Shown here piece after piece: positions 10,316 to 20,093 of a DNA stretch of 50,860 nucleotides (its first letter is position 1; the number at the start of each line of letters is the position of its first letter). The notes under the pieces are model-generated. The model ran no database searches. It worked only from the letters and a program-made list of their open reading frames with translations, and was not told where the DNA came from. This DNA comes from an uncultured bacterium (GTDB lineage: Bacteria > Bipolaricaulota > Bipolaricaulia > UBA7950 > UBA9294): contig CAJVYM010000003.1 in assembly GCA_913009415.1 (NCBI GenBank), forward strand, positions 1-50,860. The letters run 5' to 3'. A program made the translations under genes and the position numbers.

Positions 10316-11044
10316 TTAAAGTTTGACAGGAAGATAACACCCCTCTGCATCGCTCTTTATCCATTTAGCTATCGGTCCCGCAACAATAAGTGTTGGCTTG
10401 CCATTTCTGAGGCAAGGCCTCAGCCATCCTACGGGGTCTATCACGGCATCTTCCGGGAGCTGATTACCCTGTAGGTCAACTACGCTTTTTATTGGTGTCC
10501 GTTCTAAAATCTCATTTATTTCAATTTTATTTACGATGTCTCTTATGCCTGAAAGATCAATAAATCGACCGTCCTCCCCAGAGGCTCTAAGTCCTATGCC
10601 AGCGAGGGCTCCGATCACTCCTTGGCCAGTACCACCTAATTCTTGCAGGAACACCTTAGTCTGCTGGGCAATTTGGTATGCTTCATCCTTGAGAAGAACC
10701 TTTTGCTGTGCTAAAATCCCGAATTGGATTATCTCCTGGGTAACTACTTCCTTGGGACAAATACACAGCCCTGGATCCGATCCTGGTACAAAGTGAGACC
10801 TCATAAATTCAACTACTAATTCATAGATGTCTGATTTAGAATTGTGGACTTCGAGGCAAGCATTACCATTGTTGGAAGTGTAAGGCACATCTTTATCTAA
10901 CAGTAGTTGGTGACGGGTAATTCCGTCGACCTTTCCCATTCCTTCTTGTTCAATCTTCTCGGATAGGTAACGAGCCAATCGTCCTGTGCCTATACTATCC
11001 TCAGTGTCCGTGTCGTCAATGCATATATAAATTATTTCCTTCAT
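10316..11044 (-). CDS. Stand-alone TiaS N-terminal (kinase)-like domain protein
   Basis: CIDDTD...GT, VPYTSNNGNAC, SDPGLC, GQGVIGALAGIG resemble TiaS GIDDTD/TRGNGAV/NPG/GRGLIGALAAVG; 242 aa, no OB or zinc-ribbon domain visible. Confidence 0.65.
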   Translation of the reverse strand: MKEIIYICIDDTDTEDSIGTGRLARYLSEKIEQEGMGKVDGITRHQLLLDKDVPYTSNNGNACLEVHNSKSDIYELVVEFMRSHFVPGSDPGLCICPKEVVTQEIIQFGILAQQKVLLKDEAYQIAQQTKVFLQELGGTGQGVIGALAGIGLRASGEDGRFIDLSGIRDIVNKIEINEILERTPIKSVVDLQGNQLPEDAVIDPVGWLRPCLRNGKPTLIVAGPIAKWIKSDAEGCYLPVKL

Positions 11045-11053
11045 TCCTTTCTC

Positions 11054-11713
11054 CTATGTGGCATTTCTCAAGTTTCTGTAGCTCGCGCGGGAATAGCCGA
11101 TTAGAGCGCCTATAATACCACCGACTGCCCCGAACCCAAAGTGGAGAAGAACGATTATGCCCAGGGCGAAGTGATTCAGTATGTAATGGCCAAAACCCAG
11201 GTTCCAGGTGAGCATGAGCATCACAAACACAGCCTTGCCAGTATGAGCCAGCCCTGTTACTACCCCCCCTATGACAAAGCGACTACGTGGTTTGTCAGAG
11301 AATTTCTCAACAAACGGCCAAAGTGCATCTAGCACTATCCCTGGAATCCCATATCTCAAAAATGGAAATAACCACAGCCCCCCTACTTTTCCCAGCCCAA
11401 GCATAGGGGTGAGCCACAACACCAAGACGCTTGCAATAGCGGCCATGTAGGTTGCCGATATCTTCGTTCGCCACTTTATTTTCCCGATGACCAATAGTGG
11501 CATCCAGACAACTCCACTGAGGCCGGGAATATGCAAGCCGAACCGTCTGACCATAACTCCGGCGACGATGTGGAGAGCGACCACTAATGCCGAAAGGGCT
11601 GTCAGGGATAGATATGCTCTCAACACCTCGTTTGCCGGGATAAGCACTGCTTCTGGGGTTACCTTGCGCCCGGGAAAGTTGTTTGGGGGTTCTTTCATTT
11701 TGTATACCTCCAT
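11054..11713 (-). CDS. Membrane protein, putative ECF transporter S component
   Basis: About 6 hydrophobic helices, LHIPGLSGVVWMPLLVIG, YGIPGIVLD, HFGFGAVGGIIG; size typical of S components. Confidence 0.55.
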   Translation of the reverse strand: MEVYKMKEPPNNFPGRKVTPEAVLIPANEVLRAYLSLTALSALVVALHIVAGVMVRRFGLHIPGLSGVVWMPLLVIGKIKWRTKISATYMAAIASVLVLWLTPMLGLGKVGGLWLFPFLRYGIPGIVLDALWPFVEKFSDKPRSRFVIGGVVTGLAHTGKAVFVMLMLTWNLGFGHYILNHFALGIIVLLHFGFGAVGGIIGALIGYSRASYRNLRNAT

Positions 11714-11817
11714 GTTTCTTAAATTACGTGACTAGCAAATACTAGACTATTTGGAGCAAGTTTAACTAATTGCTTCTTATCCTCAATAGGCTTGCGCACT
11801 GTCTTAATCGTTTTTTT

Positions 11818-12840
11818 TCATTTCCCAAACGGACAAATAGGAAAAGAACATCGTTCACAGTTAAGGCACAGTCCGCCGTGGCCTAAATCAACGATATCCT
11901 CCCGACAGATCCTTTCTCCCGACAGAACCCGGGGCAGGATGAGGTCAAAGATCGTTATGGGATCATAGATCGCATGAGCGGGGACGCCAAGTATAGGAAT
12001 ACCATCCCATAAGGCATAGAGGAACATAGCTCCGGGCATAACAGGAGCTCCATGGGAGATTATCTCCGCTCCGCTTTTTCTGATCCCCTCAACGGTAACA
12101 TCGTCCGGGTCTACAGATAATCCTCCGCAGACAATTATAACCTCACCGCCGTTAGCTCTCGTCTCATTAATGGCCGCGGCAATCAGGGCTGCATCATCAG
12201 GAACAATAATTTGGTACTTAATTACCGAGCCCAGAGCGACAACTTTCTTCTTGATAACCTCGCCAAATTTATCTTCGATCCTCCCCTTAAACACCTCATT
12301 CCCGGTGATAACGACCCCAACGCTCTTTTTACTGATTGGGATTATCTTTACTCCCTGGTCTGTGCTCTGGCAAATTCTTTCAACCTCGCTTATTTTAGCA
12401 TCGGTGGTAAATAATGGAATAATCTTTGTTGCCGCTACTGTCATCTCCATATAACAGACGGTATTCGTATGCAGGGTTGCCACTATAATATCTTCAAGAG
12501 CATTAAGCTTCTTCAATAAAGGAATGTTGATCTTTAGTACTCCTGAGGTTTTTGCTCGCAGGTTTGTCCTTCCTTCTCTTGGTTCGCCGGGCTCCACCCC
12601 GGAACCACACACCGCTCTAGCTATACGCAACGCCGCTTCTTCTTCATGGATCTCTCCCTCCGCCAATTCCATAACGTAAACATGTTCCTTACCGATATTA
12701 AGCAGCTCAGGGATATCTTCTTCCTTAATAATGTGCCCTCTGCGGAAACCGACGCCCTTAAATTTTCTGGGGACGACTTTGGTCACATCATGACCTAATG
12801 CCATCCCGATCGCCTCTTCGACCTTAACCTTCCGTAGCAT
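11818..12840 (-). CDS. Molybdopterin-binding (MoeA/MogA-like domain) protein
   Basis: EAIGMALGHDVT, ITGNEV...IEDKF, VPDD, GGLSVDPDDVT, PVMPG, C-terminal GGLCLNCERCSFPICPFGK. Confidence 0.8.
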   Translation of the reverse strand: MLRKVKVEEAIGMALGHDVTKVVPRKFKGVGFRRGHIIKEEDIPELLNIGKEHVYVMELAEGEIHEEEAALRIARAVCGSGVEPGEPREGRTNLRAKTSGVLKINIPLLKKLNALEDIIVATLHTNTVCYMEMTVAATKIIPLFTTDAKISEVERICQSTDQGVKIIPISKKSVGVVITGNEVFKGRIEDKFGEVIKKKVVALGSVIKYQIIVPDDAALIAAAINETRANGGEVIIVCGGLSVDPDDVTVEGIRKSGAEIISHGAPVMPGAMFLYALWDGIPILGVPAHAIYDPITIFDLILPRVLSGERICREDIVDLGHGGLCLNCERCSFPICPFGK

Positions 12841-12897
12841 GATGATGCTCCTATGTCATCTTTACTGCCTGCGATAAAGAAATTTGCTCCTCAAAGC

Positions 12898-12921
12898 GGC
12901 TATATTTTTATCGATATAACG
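12898..12921. promoter_or_regulatory. ModE-box upstream of the molybdopterin-binding gene
   Basis: GGCTATAT-N8-ATATAACG versus ModE consensus CGnTATAT-N8-ATATAnCG. Confidence 0.7.
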
Positions 12922-12925
12922 GCGG

Positions 12926-13339
12926 TCAAAAATTAGCGTCGAACTGCTTCAGAAACTCCCCAAATCTAGATCGCAATCCCTTGTAGTAGTCAATCACCTT
13001 TCTTCCTTCCTCTGTTAACCTTGCATATCCTCCCCTGGATCCACCAACGTTCTTTTCCACCAATGGTGTTGGCGCCAAGCGATTCATTGCTTCTACCCAA
13101 AGCCAGGCATTACGATAAGCCAGTTTCATCGACCGAGCCGCTTCCGCGATTGAGCCAAACTTATCGATTCGTTCCAGTAATATCACCCTTCCCCAGCCGA
13201 CATAAAGCTCGCCGTCTTTCTCTATCTATATCTTGCCATTTATGGTGTACCCGGGCTGTGGATGGCGGGAGAAGCGAGCCGGTTTTTTAGGCCTGAACTT
13301 TGGTATCTCTAGTTGGATCTTATCTTCAGGTTGTTTCAT
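12926..13339 (-). pseudogene. modE: ModE-like winged-helix regulator interrupted by an in-frame TAG
   Basis: From ATG 13339: ...YTINGKI*IEKDGELYVGWGRVILLERIDKFGSIAEAARSMKLAYRNAW...GGSRGGYARLT. TAG at 13226-13228 sits where KIWIE is expected. Confidence 0.75.
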
Positions 13340-13345
13340 GTTGAC

Positions 13346-13369
13346 CGCTATATTATTCTCGATATGTCG
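13346..13369. promoter_or_regulatory. ModE-box upstream of modE (autoregulation)
   Basis: CGCTATAT-N8-ATATGTCG, next to a minus-strand TTGACA at 13374-13379. Confidence 0.65.
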
Positions 13370-13505
13370 CTTCTGTCAAGTAAAAGATGAAGGCTGATCC
13401 AGTTGGCATCCGTTCCTTGGAAGCTGACATGTGTTCCCCGCCTTTTGCAAGGTCTTGCAAGTGGTGAAGCGAAGGGCAAGACTTGAATGCTCAGGAGGTG
13501 CTGCT

Positions 13506-13682
13506 ATGCGTATAGTTATCGGTAGGACACGCCTTCCAAGTAAGGGACAGGTTGTAATTCCGCAGAGAATCTGCAATGTACTTCATATGAAACCCGGTGA
13601 TGATCATGCTATCCACTGCAAGGAAGACCATATCATCAGTCACCCTTTGACGCCGAGACCCCTGATTTCGGAAGCACGTTAA
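13506..13682 (+). pseudogene. Short, probably degenerate AbrB/MazE/SpoVT-type DNA-binding protein
   Basis: SD AGGAGG, MRIVIGRTRLPSKGQVVIPQRICNVLHMKPGD; no toxin ORF follows. Confidence 0.55.
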
Positions 13683-13795
13683 GTGTGTGAATAGGGAGAA
13701 ACTAAAATAACAGAAGAAGCATTTTAAGGTCTTTGATGTGTAAATCATCGATTACTCGTGATACTCGGAACAAGAGCTAAGAATCACCAAAGAGA

Positions 13796-13829
13796 ATCGG
13801 GGCGACCGTTGCTCCTTGACCGCCCCGAT
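13796..13829 (-). terminator. Possible terminator hairpin after the secreted Cys-rich gene
   Basis: ATCGGGGCG/CGCCCCGAT arms followed by TCTCTTT on the minus strand. Confidence 0.4.
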
Positions 13830-13854
13830 GTATTTCTCGCGAAATTATTCTGCT

Positions 13855-14439
13855 TTATGGACAGCCGCAACCAGAAGAGCTGACACCAAGATTTACGTGA
13901 ATGCGAATGGTTATCGATCCCCACACGTAGGGTCGACCGGTGCAGCGAGCGATCTCTATGTAGGGACTGTGTGAGATGCAGCATGGCTTCGTATCGATCT
14001 GCGGGCAGCAGCAGTTGCACGGGTTCGCCTGACCGGGCCAGGCCTGGATCTTGACGTAATTCTTAATCTCACCAGTGCTCGTCGTTTGAATGACTAGCCG
14101 GTAGATGCCGAGTGGAACCTGATTGCAGTGCTCATCTGTCTGATCCCAGAGCATTTCATAGTTGTGCCCCTTCGGCATGTCGAACTGCTGCTGATAGATG
14201 ATCGTTCCATCGAGTGCTTCCACTCGCCATCCGGTGATAAACGGAGTCTCCGGAACGGGACACTGCGAGAAATACTCGCCAGGAACGACAAGTTTGAAAC
14301 CAACATCAACTCCCTGCCAGTATCCGGTGTAACAGGTCGGCTCATCACCGACAGGCGGTGCAAAACAGCTACACTGCGCCGCCGCCACAACCCCCATCAA
14401 GCCAACAACCAACACAGCCAGCAATAACGCTTTCTTCAC
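13855..14439 (-). CDS. Secreted cysteine-rich protein with FlgD-like Ig segment
   Basis: Signal peptide MKKALLLAVLVVGLMGVVAAA (GTG 14439, SD GGAGG), LWDQTDEHCNQVPLGIYRLVI, many Cys (CNCCCP, CGCP). Confidence 0.6.
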   Translation of the reverse strand: MKKALLLAVLVVGLMGVVAAAQCSCFAPPVGDEPTCYTGYWQGVDVGFKLVVPGEYFSQCPVPETPFITGWRVEALDGTIIYQQQFDMPKGHNYEMLWDQTDEHCNQVPLGIYRLVIQTTSTGEIKNYVKIQAWPGQANPCNCCCPQIDTKPCCISHSPYIEIARCTGRPYVWGSITIRIHVNLGVSSSGCGCP

Positions 14440-14630
14440 CCCTACCACCTCCGTGTTTTCTCGACCGTTAGGCAGTTATAAACAGAATTCTGCCCGTTTG
14501 CAAACGAGCGATCTCCTATTCTACACGCGAACAGGGGATGAGTTTCGCCCGATTCATGTCATTCGTGACCTATCTATTGAGCTGCTTGTTCGAAGAGTCT
14601 AGTTCGTACGGGATTGATGACAAGAAGGAG

Positions 14631-14757
14631 TCACCACGAAGGACACGAAGAATAAAAGGAGGAGATATCCAAAGTGGTCTCCCATACTTTGCTTGGGTAA
14701 CGTAGCCCTCAGCGCTTTAGGCCTTTACCTTCGTGCTCTTCGTGTCCTTTGTGGTGA
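14631..14757. repeat. REP/MITE-like long inverted repeat
   Basis: TCACCACGAAGGACACGAAGA (14631-14651) versus TCTTCGTGTCCTTTGTGGTGA (14737-14757), 20/21 complementary, with internal 9-nt CACGAAG periodicity. Confidence 0.75.
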
Positions 14758-14828
14758 AAAGTTTTCTTCTCTGCGAAGATCTTGATAGTTTCTCCTTGAG
14801 CCACCCTTTTCAAACAATACAAATCCAG

Positions 14829-15782
14829 CTATTTCAATCTTTCAACGGTGATCTGATCCATCAGGGCGCGTGCTTCCGGCTCAGTGAAGATGCGCGTTCC
14901 GGGTGTTGCCGCCGTGGCGCTTCCGCACGCGAGGCCAAGGCGCAGGACATCCGTGGAGTCTTGCCCTTGAGTTAGCGTGAAGATCAGCCCGGCGACCATG
15001 GAGTCGCCCGCTCCCACAGTCGAAATAACATTTACCTGCGGAGGGGCTGCGAAATAGGTGCCGCTATCATCGACGAAAACCGCTCCCTCTCCTCCAAGCG
15101 ACACGCAGACGTGCTCGACACCTTCTTGGTGAAGGATCTGCGCCTCGCGCGCAACATCCTCGATCCTCGGAAGCTTGCGCCCACAGAGAAGCTCCAACTC
15201 ATAGCGATTCGGCTTGATGAGGTAAGGGTGCTGCGGCAAGGCTTCCTGCAGCAGACTGCTCTGCGCATCGACCACCGCGCGGGCATTATGCTCCTGAAGT
15301 TGCCGTGTGAGCTTCGCGTACACGTCGCGGTGCACTCCCGGGGGAATGGAACCGGTCAACACCCCGATCCCATCTTGAGCAAAGTGCAGGAAGATCTCGG
15401 AGATCTCAGCCATCACCTCATCGGTTACCTTGGGGCCGACCCCATCCACCTCGTATTGCAGTGGCGGATCCTCCTGTAGCAATGTGCAGTTGATGCGCGT
15501 CTCGTCAGCCACTTGAACTGGATGGAGGTAGCCGGCGTGGTCGGCGAGGAGGCGCGTGAGTAGCGTGCCGATCTCTCCACCGGTGATCAGACAGGCGTGC
15601 GCGTGCACGCCTAGTGAGACCAGGCCGCGCGCGACGTTCACCCCATTGCCGCCCGGGTCGTAGCGGGTGCCCGTGGCGTGTGCCTTCTGGTCGGTGACCA
15701 GTCTGGGGACCGTGTAACTCACGTCCAGTGTTGGATTCAACGTCAGTGTGGCGATCGGAAATCGCACTGTTTCCTCAGCCAT
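14829..15782 (-). CDS. pfkB: 1-phosphofructokinase family (PfkB) sugar kinase
   Basis: TLNPTLD, PGGNGVNVA, TGSIPPG, IKPNRYEL, STVGAGDSMVAG. Confidence 0.88.
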   Translation of the reverse strand: MAEETVRFPIATLTLNPTLDVSYTVPRLVTDQKAHATGTRYDPGGNGVNVARGLVSLGVHAHACLITGGEIGTLLTRLLADHAGYLHPVQVADETRINCTLLQEDPPLQYEVDGVGPKVTDEVMAEISEIFLHFAQDGIGVLTGSIPPGVHRDVYAKLTRQLQEHNARAVVDAQSSLLQEALPQHPYLIKPNRYELELLCGRKLPRIEDVAREAQILHQEGVEHVCVSLGGEGAVFVDDSGTYFAAPPQVNVISTVGAGDSMVAGLIFTLTQGQDSTDVLRLGLACGSATAATPGTRIFTEPEARALMDQITVERLK

Positions 15783-15832
15783 GGTATTCCGCTCCTATTC
15801 TACAGTCTCGTGCCGTGAAGGGCTTGCGGCGA

Positions 15833-17143
<1,311 letters not shown>

Positions 17144-17150
17144 TCATAAA

Positions 17151-17199
17151 CCGCATAGATTATCACAGATTGCGCAGTTGTCACAATCTGTGTTTGCGG
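17151..17199. repeat. Intergenic inverted repeat between pyk and eno
   Basis: CACAGATTG(17164-72)/CAATCTGTG(17184-92) with outer CCGCA/TGCGG. Confidence 0.55.
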
Positions 17200-17211
17200 A
17201 TTACGGGTGAC

Positions 17212-18651
17212 TCATTCTTCCATGCCGTCCTCTCCCAAGGAGAAGACCTCTATCTGGTTTGTACGCTCCGGATTGCGCCGGGACGAGCCCTGCGTCATCA
17301 CCACGATCCCCGGCGTGATATTCTCCCGGTCACACCAATCAGCCAGGATGCTGTGCCAATCGTGCCTGTCCCCTTCGATGTAGACGGGGTAAACCCCGTA
17401 GGAGAAGGCGAGCTGTTGACAGGTGGCACGGTTGTGGCTTAATGCCAGGATCCACGGGCGTAGCCGATAGCGCGTCACGCGGCGTGCCGTGGCCCCGGTG
17501 CGAGTAGGAATGGCGATCAACCGGGGATGAAGCCTGCGTGCGATGGCCACCACGCTCGATGCGATCGTCTCCTCGATCAGCGCTTCGGCAGAGGCGCTCG
17601 GGGAGAGGTAATCGTTGAACCCGTAATCGGAGTGATTCCCTTCCGTCGCTCTAGCGATGCGCGCGAGCATCCCCACCGCGTCCACCGGATAGGCGCCGAC
17701 GGCTGACTCCTCCGAGAGCATGACCGCATCGGTCCCATCGAGGATGGCGTTGGCGACGTCGGTCGCCTCGGCACGGGTGGGGCGGCTGTTTGCCACCATC
17801 GATTCCAGCATCTGAGTGGCGGTAATGACGGGCTTGCCAAGGAGATTGGCCTCACGGATCAATCGCTTCTGCAGGATGGCGATCCCTTCAATCGGGGTCT
17901 CCACCCCGAGGTCACCACGGGCAACCATGATCCCATCGGTCGCCTCCATGATCGCCTTGATCCGACGGATAGCCACCGCGCGTTCGATCTTGGCGATCAC
18001 GAACGGGTTCTTTCCGTGCGCCGATGCGATCCCTCGCACCGTCTCGATGTCCTCCGGCCCCTGCACAAAAGAGATACTGATCGCATCCACTCCCTGCTCC
18101 AAGGCAAATTCGAGGGCACGGCGATCATTGTCTGTGACCGCGCTGATCCCCAGGTCCGTGCCAGGAAGGTTGACCCCTTTATGCGAGCGCAGCTCCCCAC
18201 CGACCACGATGCGACAGCGGACCTCATTCCCGTCCGCCTCTTCCACCTTGAGCCTGATAAAACCGTCATTTAGGAAGATCACATCGCCGGGGCGTGCCGC
18301 CACGCTCAATCCGGGGAAGCTGACAGAGATTCGCTCGGCGTCGCCGAGAACTCGCTCACTCGTCAGCGTGATCATCTGCCCACGCACAAGCTGTATCGGT
18401 TCCACAGCCAATTCACCGACACGCATCTTCGGCCCGGGCAGGTCGGCCAGGATAGCAACTCGCCTTCCAACCTTCCTCGCTGCCGCGCGGATCCGCTTGA
18501 TGGAGCGTGAATGGCTCTCAAAATCCCCATGAGCGAAGTTGAGACGGGCAACATCCATCCCCTGACGGATCATCCGTTCGAGAACCCGCTGCTCATCGGA
18601 TGCTGGGCCGATGGTGCAGACGATCTTAGTCTTATGCGTTGGGAACTTCAT
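17212..18651 (-). CDS. pyk: Pyruvate kinase
   Basis: KTKIVCTIGPAS, ARLNFAHG, DLPGPK, AKIER, MVARGDLGVE, ATQMLESM, PTRAE. Confidence 0.97.
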   Translation of the reverse strand: MKFPTHKTKIVCTIGPASDEQRVLERMIRQGMDVARLNFAHGDFESHSRSIKRIRAAARKVGRRVAILADLPGPKMRVGELAVEPIQLVRGQMITLTSERVLGDAERISVSFPGLSVAARPGDVIFLNDGFIRLKVEEADGNEVRCRIVVGGELRSHKGVNLPGTDLGISAVTDNDRRALEFALEQGVDAISISFVQGPEDIETVRGIASAHGKNPFVIAKIERAVAIRRIKAIMEATDGIMVARGDLGVETPIEGIAILQKRLIREANLLGKPVITATQMLESMVANSRPTRAEATDVANAILDGTDAVMLSEESAVGAYPVDAVGMLARIARATEGNHSDYGFNDYLSPSASAEALIEETIASSVVAIARRLHPRLIAIPTRTGATARRVTRYRLRPWILALSHNRATCQQLAFSYGVYPVYIEGDRHDWHSILADWCDRENITPGIVVMTQGSSRRNPERTNQIEVFSLGEDGMEE

Positions 18652-18746
18652 CTACTCTCCCTATTCACGATCGATTGATAAATTCCGTAAAACAAGTCTA
18701 CCTCGAGATGACGGGAGCATCCAGCGGCGGATGCATGATTAGGACC

Positions 18747-18783
18747 TTGATTTTTAATCGTTCTAAGTTTATAATAGTTCCAA
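18747..18783 (+). promoter_or_regulatory. sigma70 promoter overlapped by two PerR-box-like sites
   Basis: TTGATT-17-TATAAT (18747-18775); TTTTAATCGTTCTAA (18752-66) and TTATAATAGTTCCAA (18769-83) resemble TTATAATnATTATAA. Confidence 0.7.
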
Positions 18784-18784
18784 T

Positions 18785-19255
18785 ATGAACCACGAAGAGC
18801 ATTCCACGAAGCTACGAAAGCTAGGACTCATCCCCACGATTCAGCGGGTAGCTGTGTTAAAATTCCTGGAGAATAACCGCGTTCACCCGACCGCTGATGA
18901 GGTTTATCGCGGGGTTAAGGACAGCTTTCCATCTCTCTCCAAGGCGACTGTGTACAACGTACTCGACGCTCTGAAGCGTGCAGGAGCGATCAGGGAATTG
19001 ACCATCGCCCGCCAGGCGGCGCGCTACGATATCATGACCTCGCCTCACCCGCACTTTATGTGCCGCGTCTGCGGCAGGGTGTACGACATCGACCTCCCAC
19101 ATGCGGTACATGAAGGGGACGTTGTCGATGGTCATCAGGTGGAGTCGGTGCAGACCTACATCTACGGCGTATGCGCGCGTTGCCGCGAGAAAGGGGCCAA
19201 GAATTCTGCGAGAAAGGATCAAGAGACAAAGGCAAGTGGGAGGGATGATGCCTGA
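18785..19255 (+). CDS. perR: Fur-family regulator, PerR-like
   Basis: TIQR, HPTADEVY, SKATVYN, RYD...HPHFMCRVCG, YGVCARC; heads a peroxide-defence cluster. Confidence 0.8.
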   Translation: MNHEEHSTKLRKLGLIPTIQRVAVLKFLENNRVHPTADEVYRGVKDSFPSLSKATVYNVLDALKRAGAIRELTIARQAARYDIMTSPHPHFMCRVCGRVYDIDLPHAVHEGDVVDGHQVESVQTYIYGVCARCREKGAKNSARKDQETKASGRDDA

Positions 19256-20042
19256 GCTTCCCGAGGTGGAGACAATCGTGCGAGGACTTGGTGCAACAGT
19301 CGGATCGCGTATCGAGAGTATCGATGTGCTCGATCAGCGCCTCGATCTGCCACAGGATAAGATCGCGGGCAGAACAATCGAGGCGGTCTCCCGCCGCGGC
19401 AAGTACATCAGCATCCAGCTATCCGGTGGTGGTTCGCTCATCGTTCACCTGCGCATGTCCGGCCGGCTCGCCCTTATGCGCTCCGCGGCCGAGGAGAAGC
19501 ACACGCGCTTCATCATCCATCTTGAGGATGGCGGGAAGATCTACTTCATCAACCCGCGTCGCCTCGGTACAGCCGAATACTCGATGGACGGATTTCCGCA
19601 TGAGTTGGGGGTGGAGCCGCTCACAGGTGACTTTACCGCAAGGAAGCTGCACAAAATCGTGGCCGGCAGCCGGGCGCCGATCAAACCGCTGCTGATGGAC
19701 CAAAGGAGAATCGCCGGTCTGGGGAACATCTACTCGTCCGAGGCGCTGTGGCGAGTGGAGATCGATCCACGCAGGATCGCGAACACCATCTCAGAGGATG
19801 AGGCTGGGAAGCTACATCGCGCCATCAGATCGATTTTGCGTCAGGCGATAGAAAACGCCGGGACGACTTTTGGACAGAGCGTTTCCGATTACCGCGATGC
19901 CTACGGGGATTACGGCAAGTTCCAAGAGATGCTCGCGGTCTACGGGCGCGCGGGAGAGAAGTGTCCCCGCTGTGGGGAAGGGATTGTACGCATAAGACAG
20001 GCGGGGCGGTCGACGTACTTCTGCCCCGGTTGCCAGAAGTGA
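19248..20042 (+). CDS. mutM: Formamidopyrimidine-DNA glycosylase
   Basis: MPELPEVET, RRGKY, HLRMSG, GLGNIY, zinc finger CPRC...CPGCQ; start reset to ATG 19248. Confidence 0.95.
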   Translation: MPELPEVETIVRGLGATVGSRIESIDVLDQRLDLPQDKIAGRTIEAVSRRGKYISIQLSGGGSLIVHLRMSGRLALMRSAAEEKHTRFIIHLEDGGKIYFINPRRLGTAEYSMDGFPHELGVEPLTGDFTARKLHKIVAGSRAPIKPLLMDQRRIAGLGNIYSSEALWRVEIDPRRIANTISEDEAGKLHRAIRSILRQAIENAGTTFGQSVSDYRDAYGDYGKFQEMLAVYGRAGEKCPRCGEGIVRIRQAGRSTYFCPGCQK

Positions 20043-20093
20043 GTTCGTGGGGTTCGTGGGGAACAGAGAAAGACCACAATAAGGAGGAGGGTT

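Noticed and set aside
18652-18746. Second fluoride riboswitch upstream of pyk/eno
   Set aside because: No GATGGNGT...TGACNCC pattern here or in the pyk-eno gap.
20043-20061. GTTCGTGGG tandem duplication after mutM
   Set aside because: Only two 9-nt units; too short to interpret.
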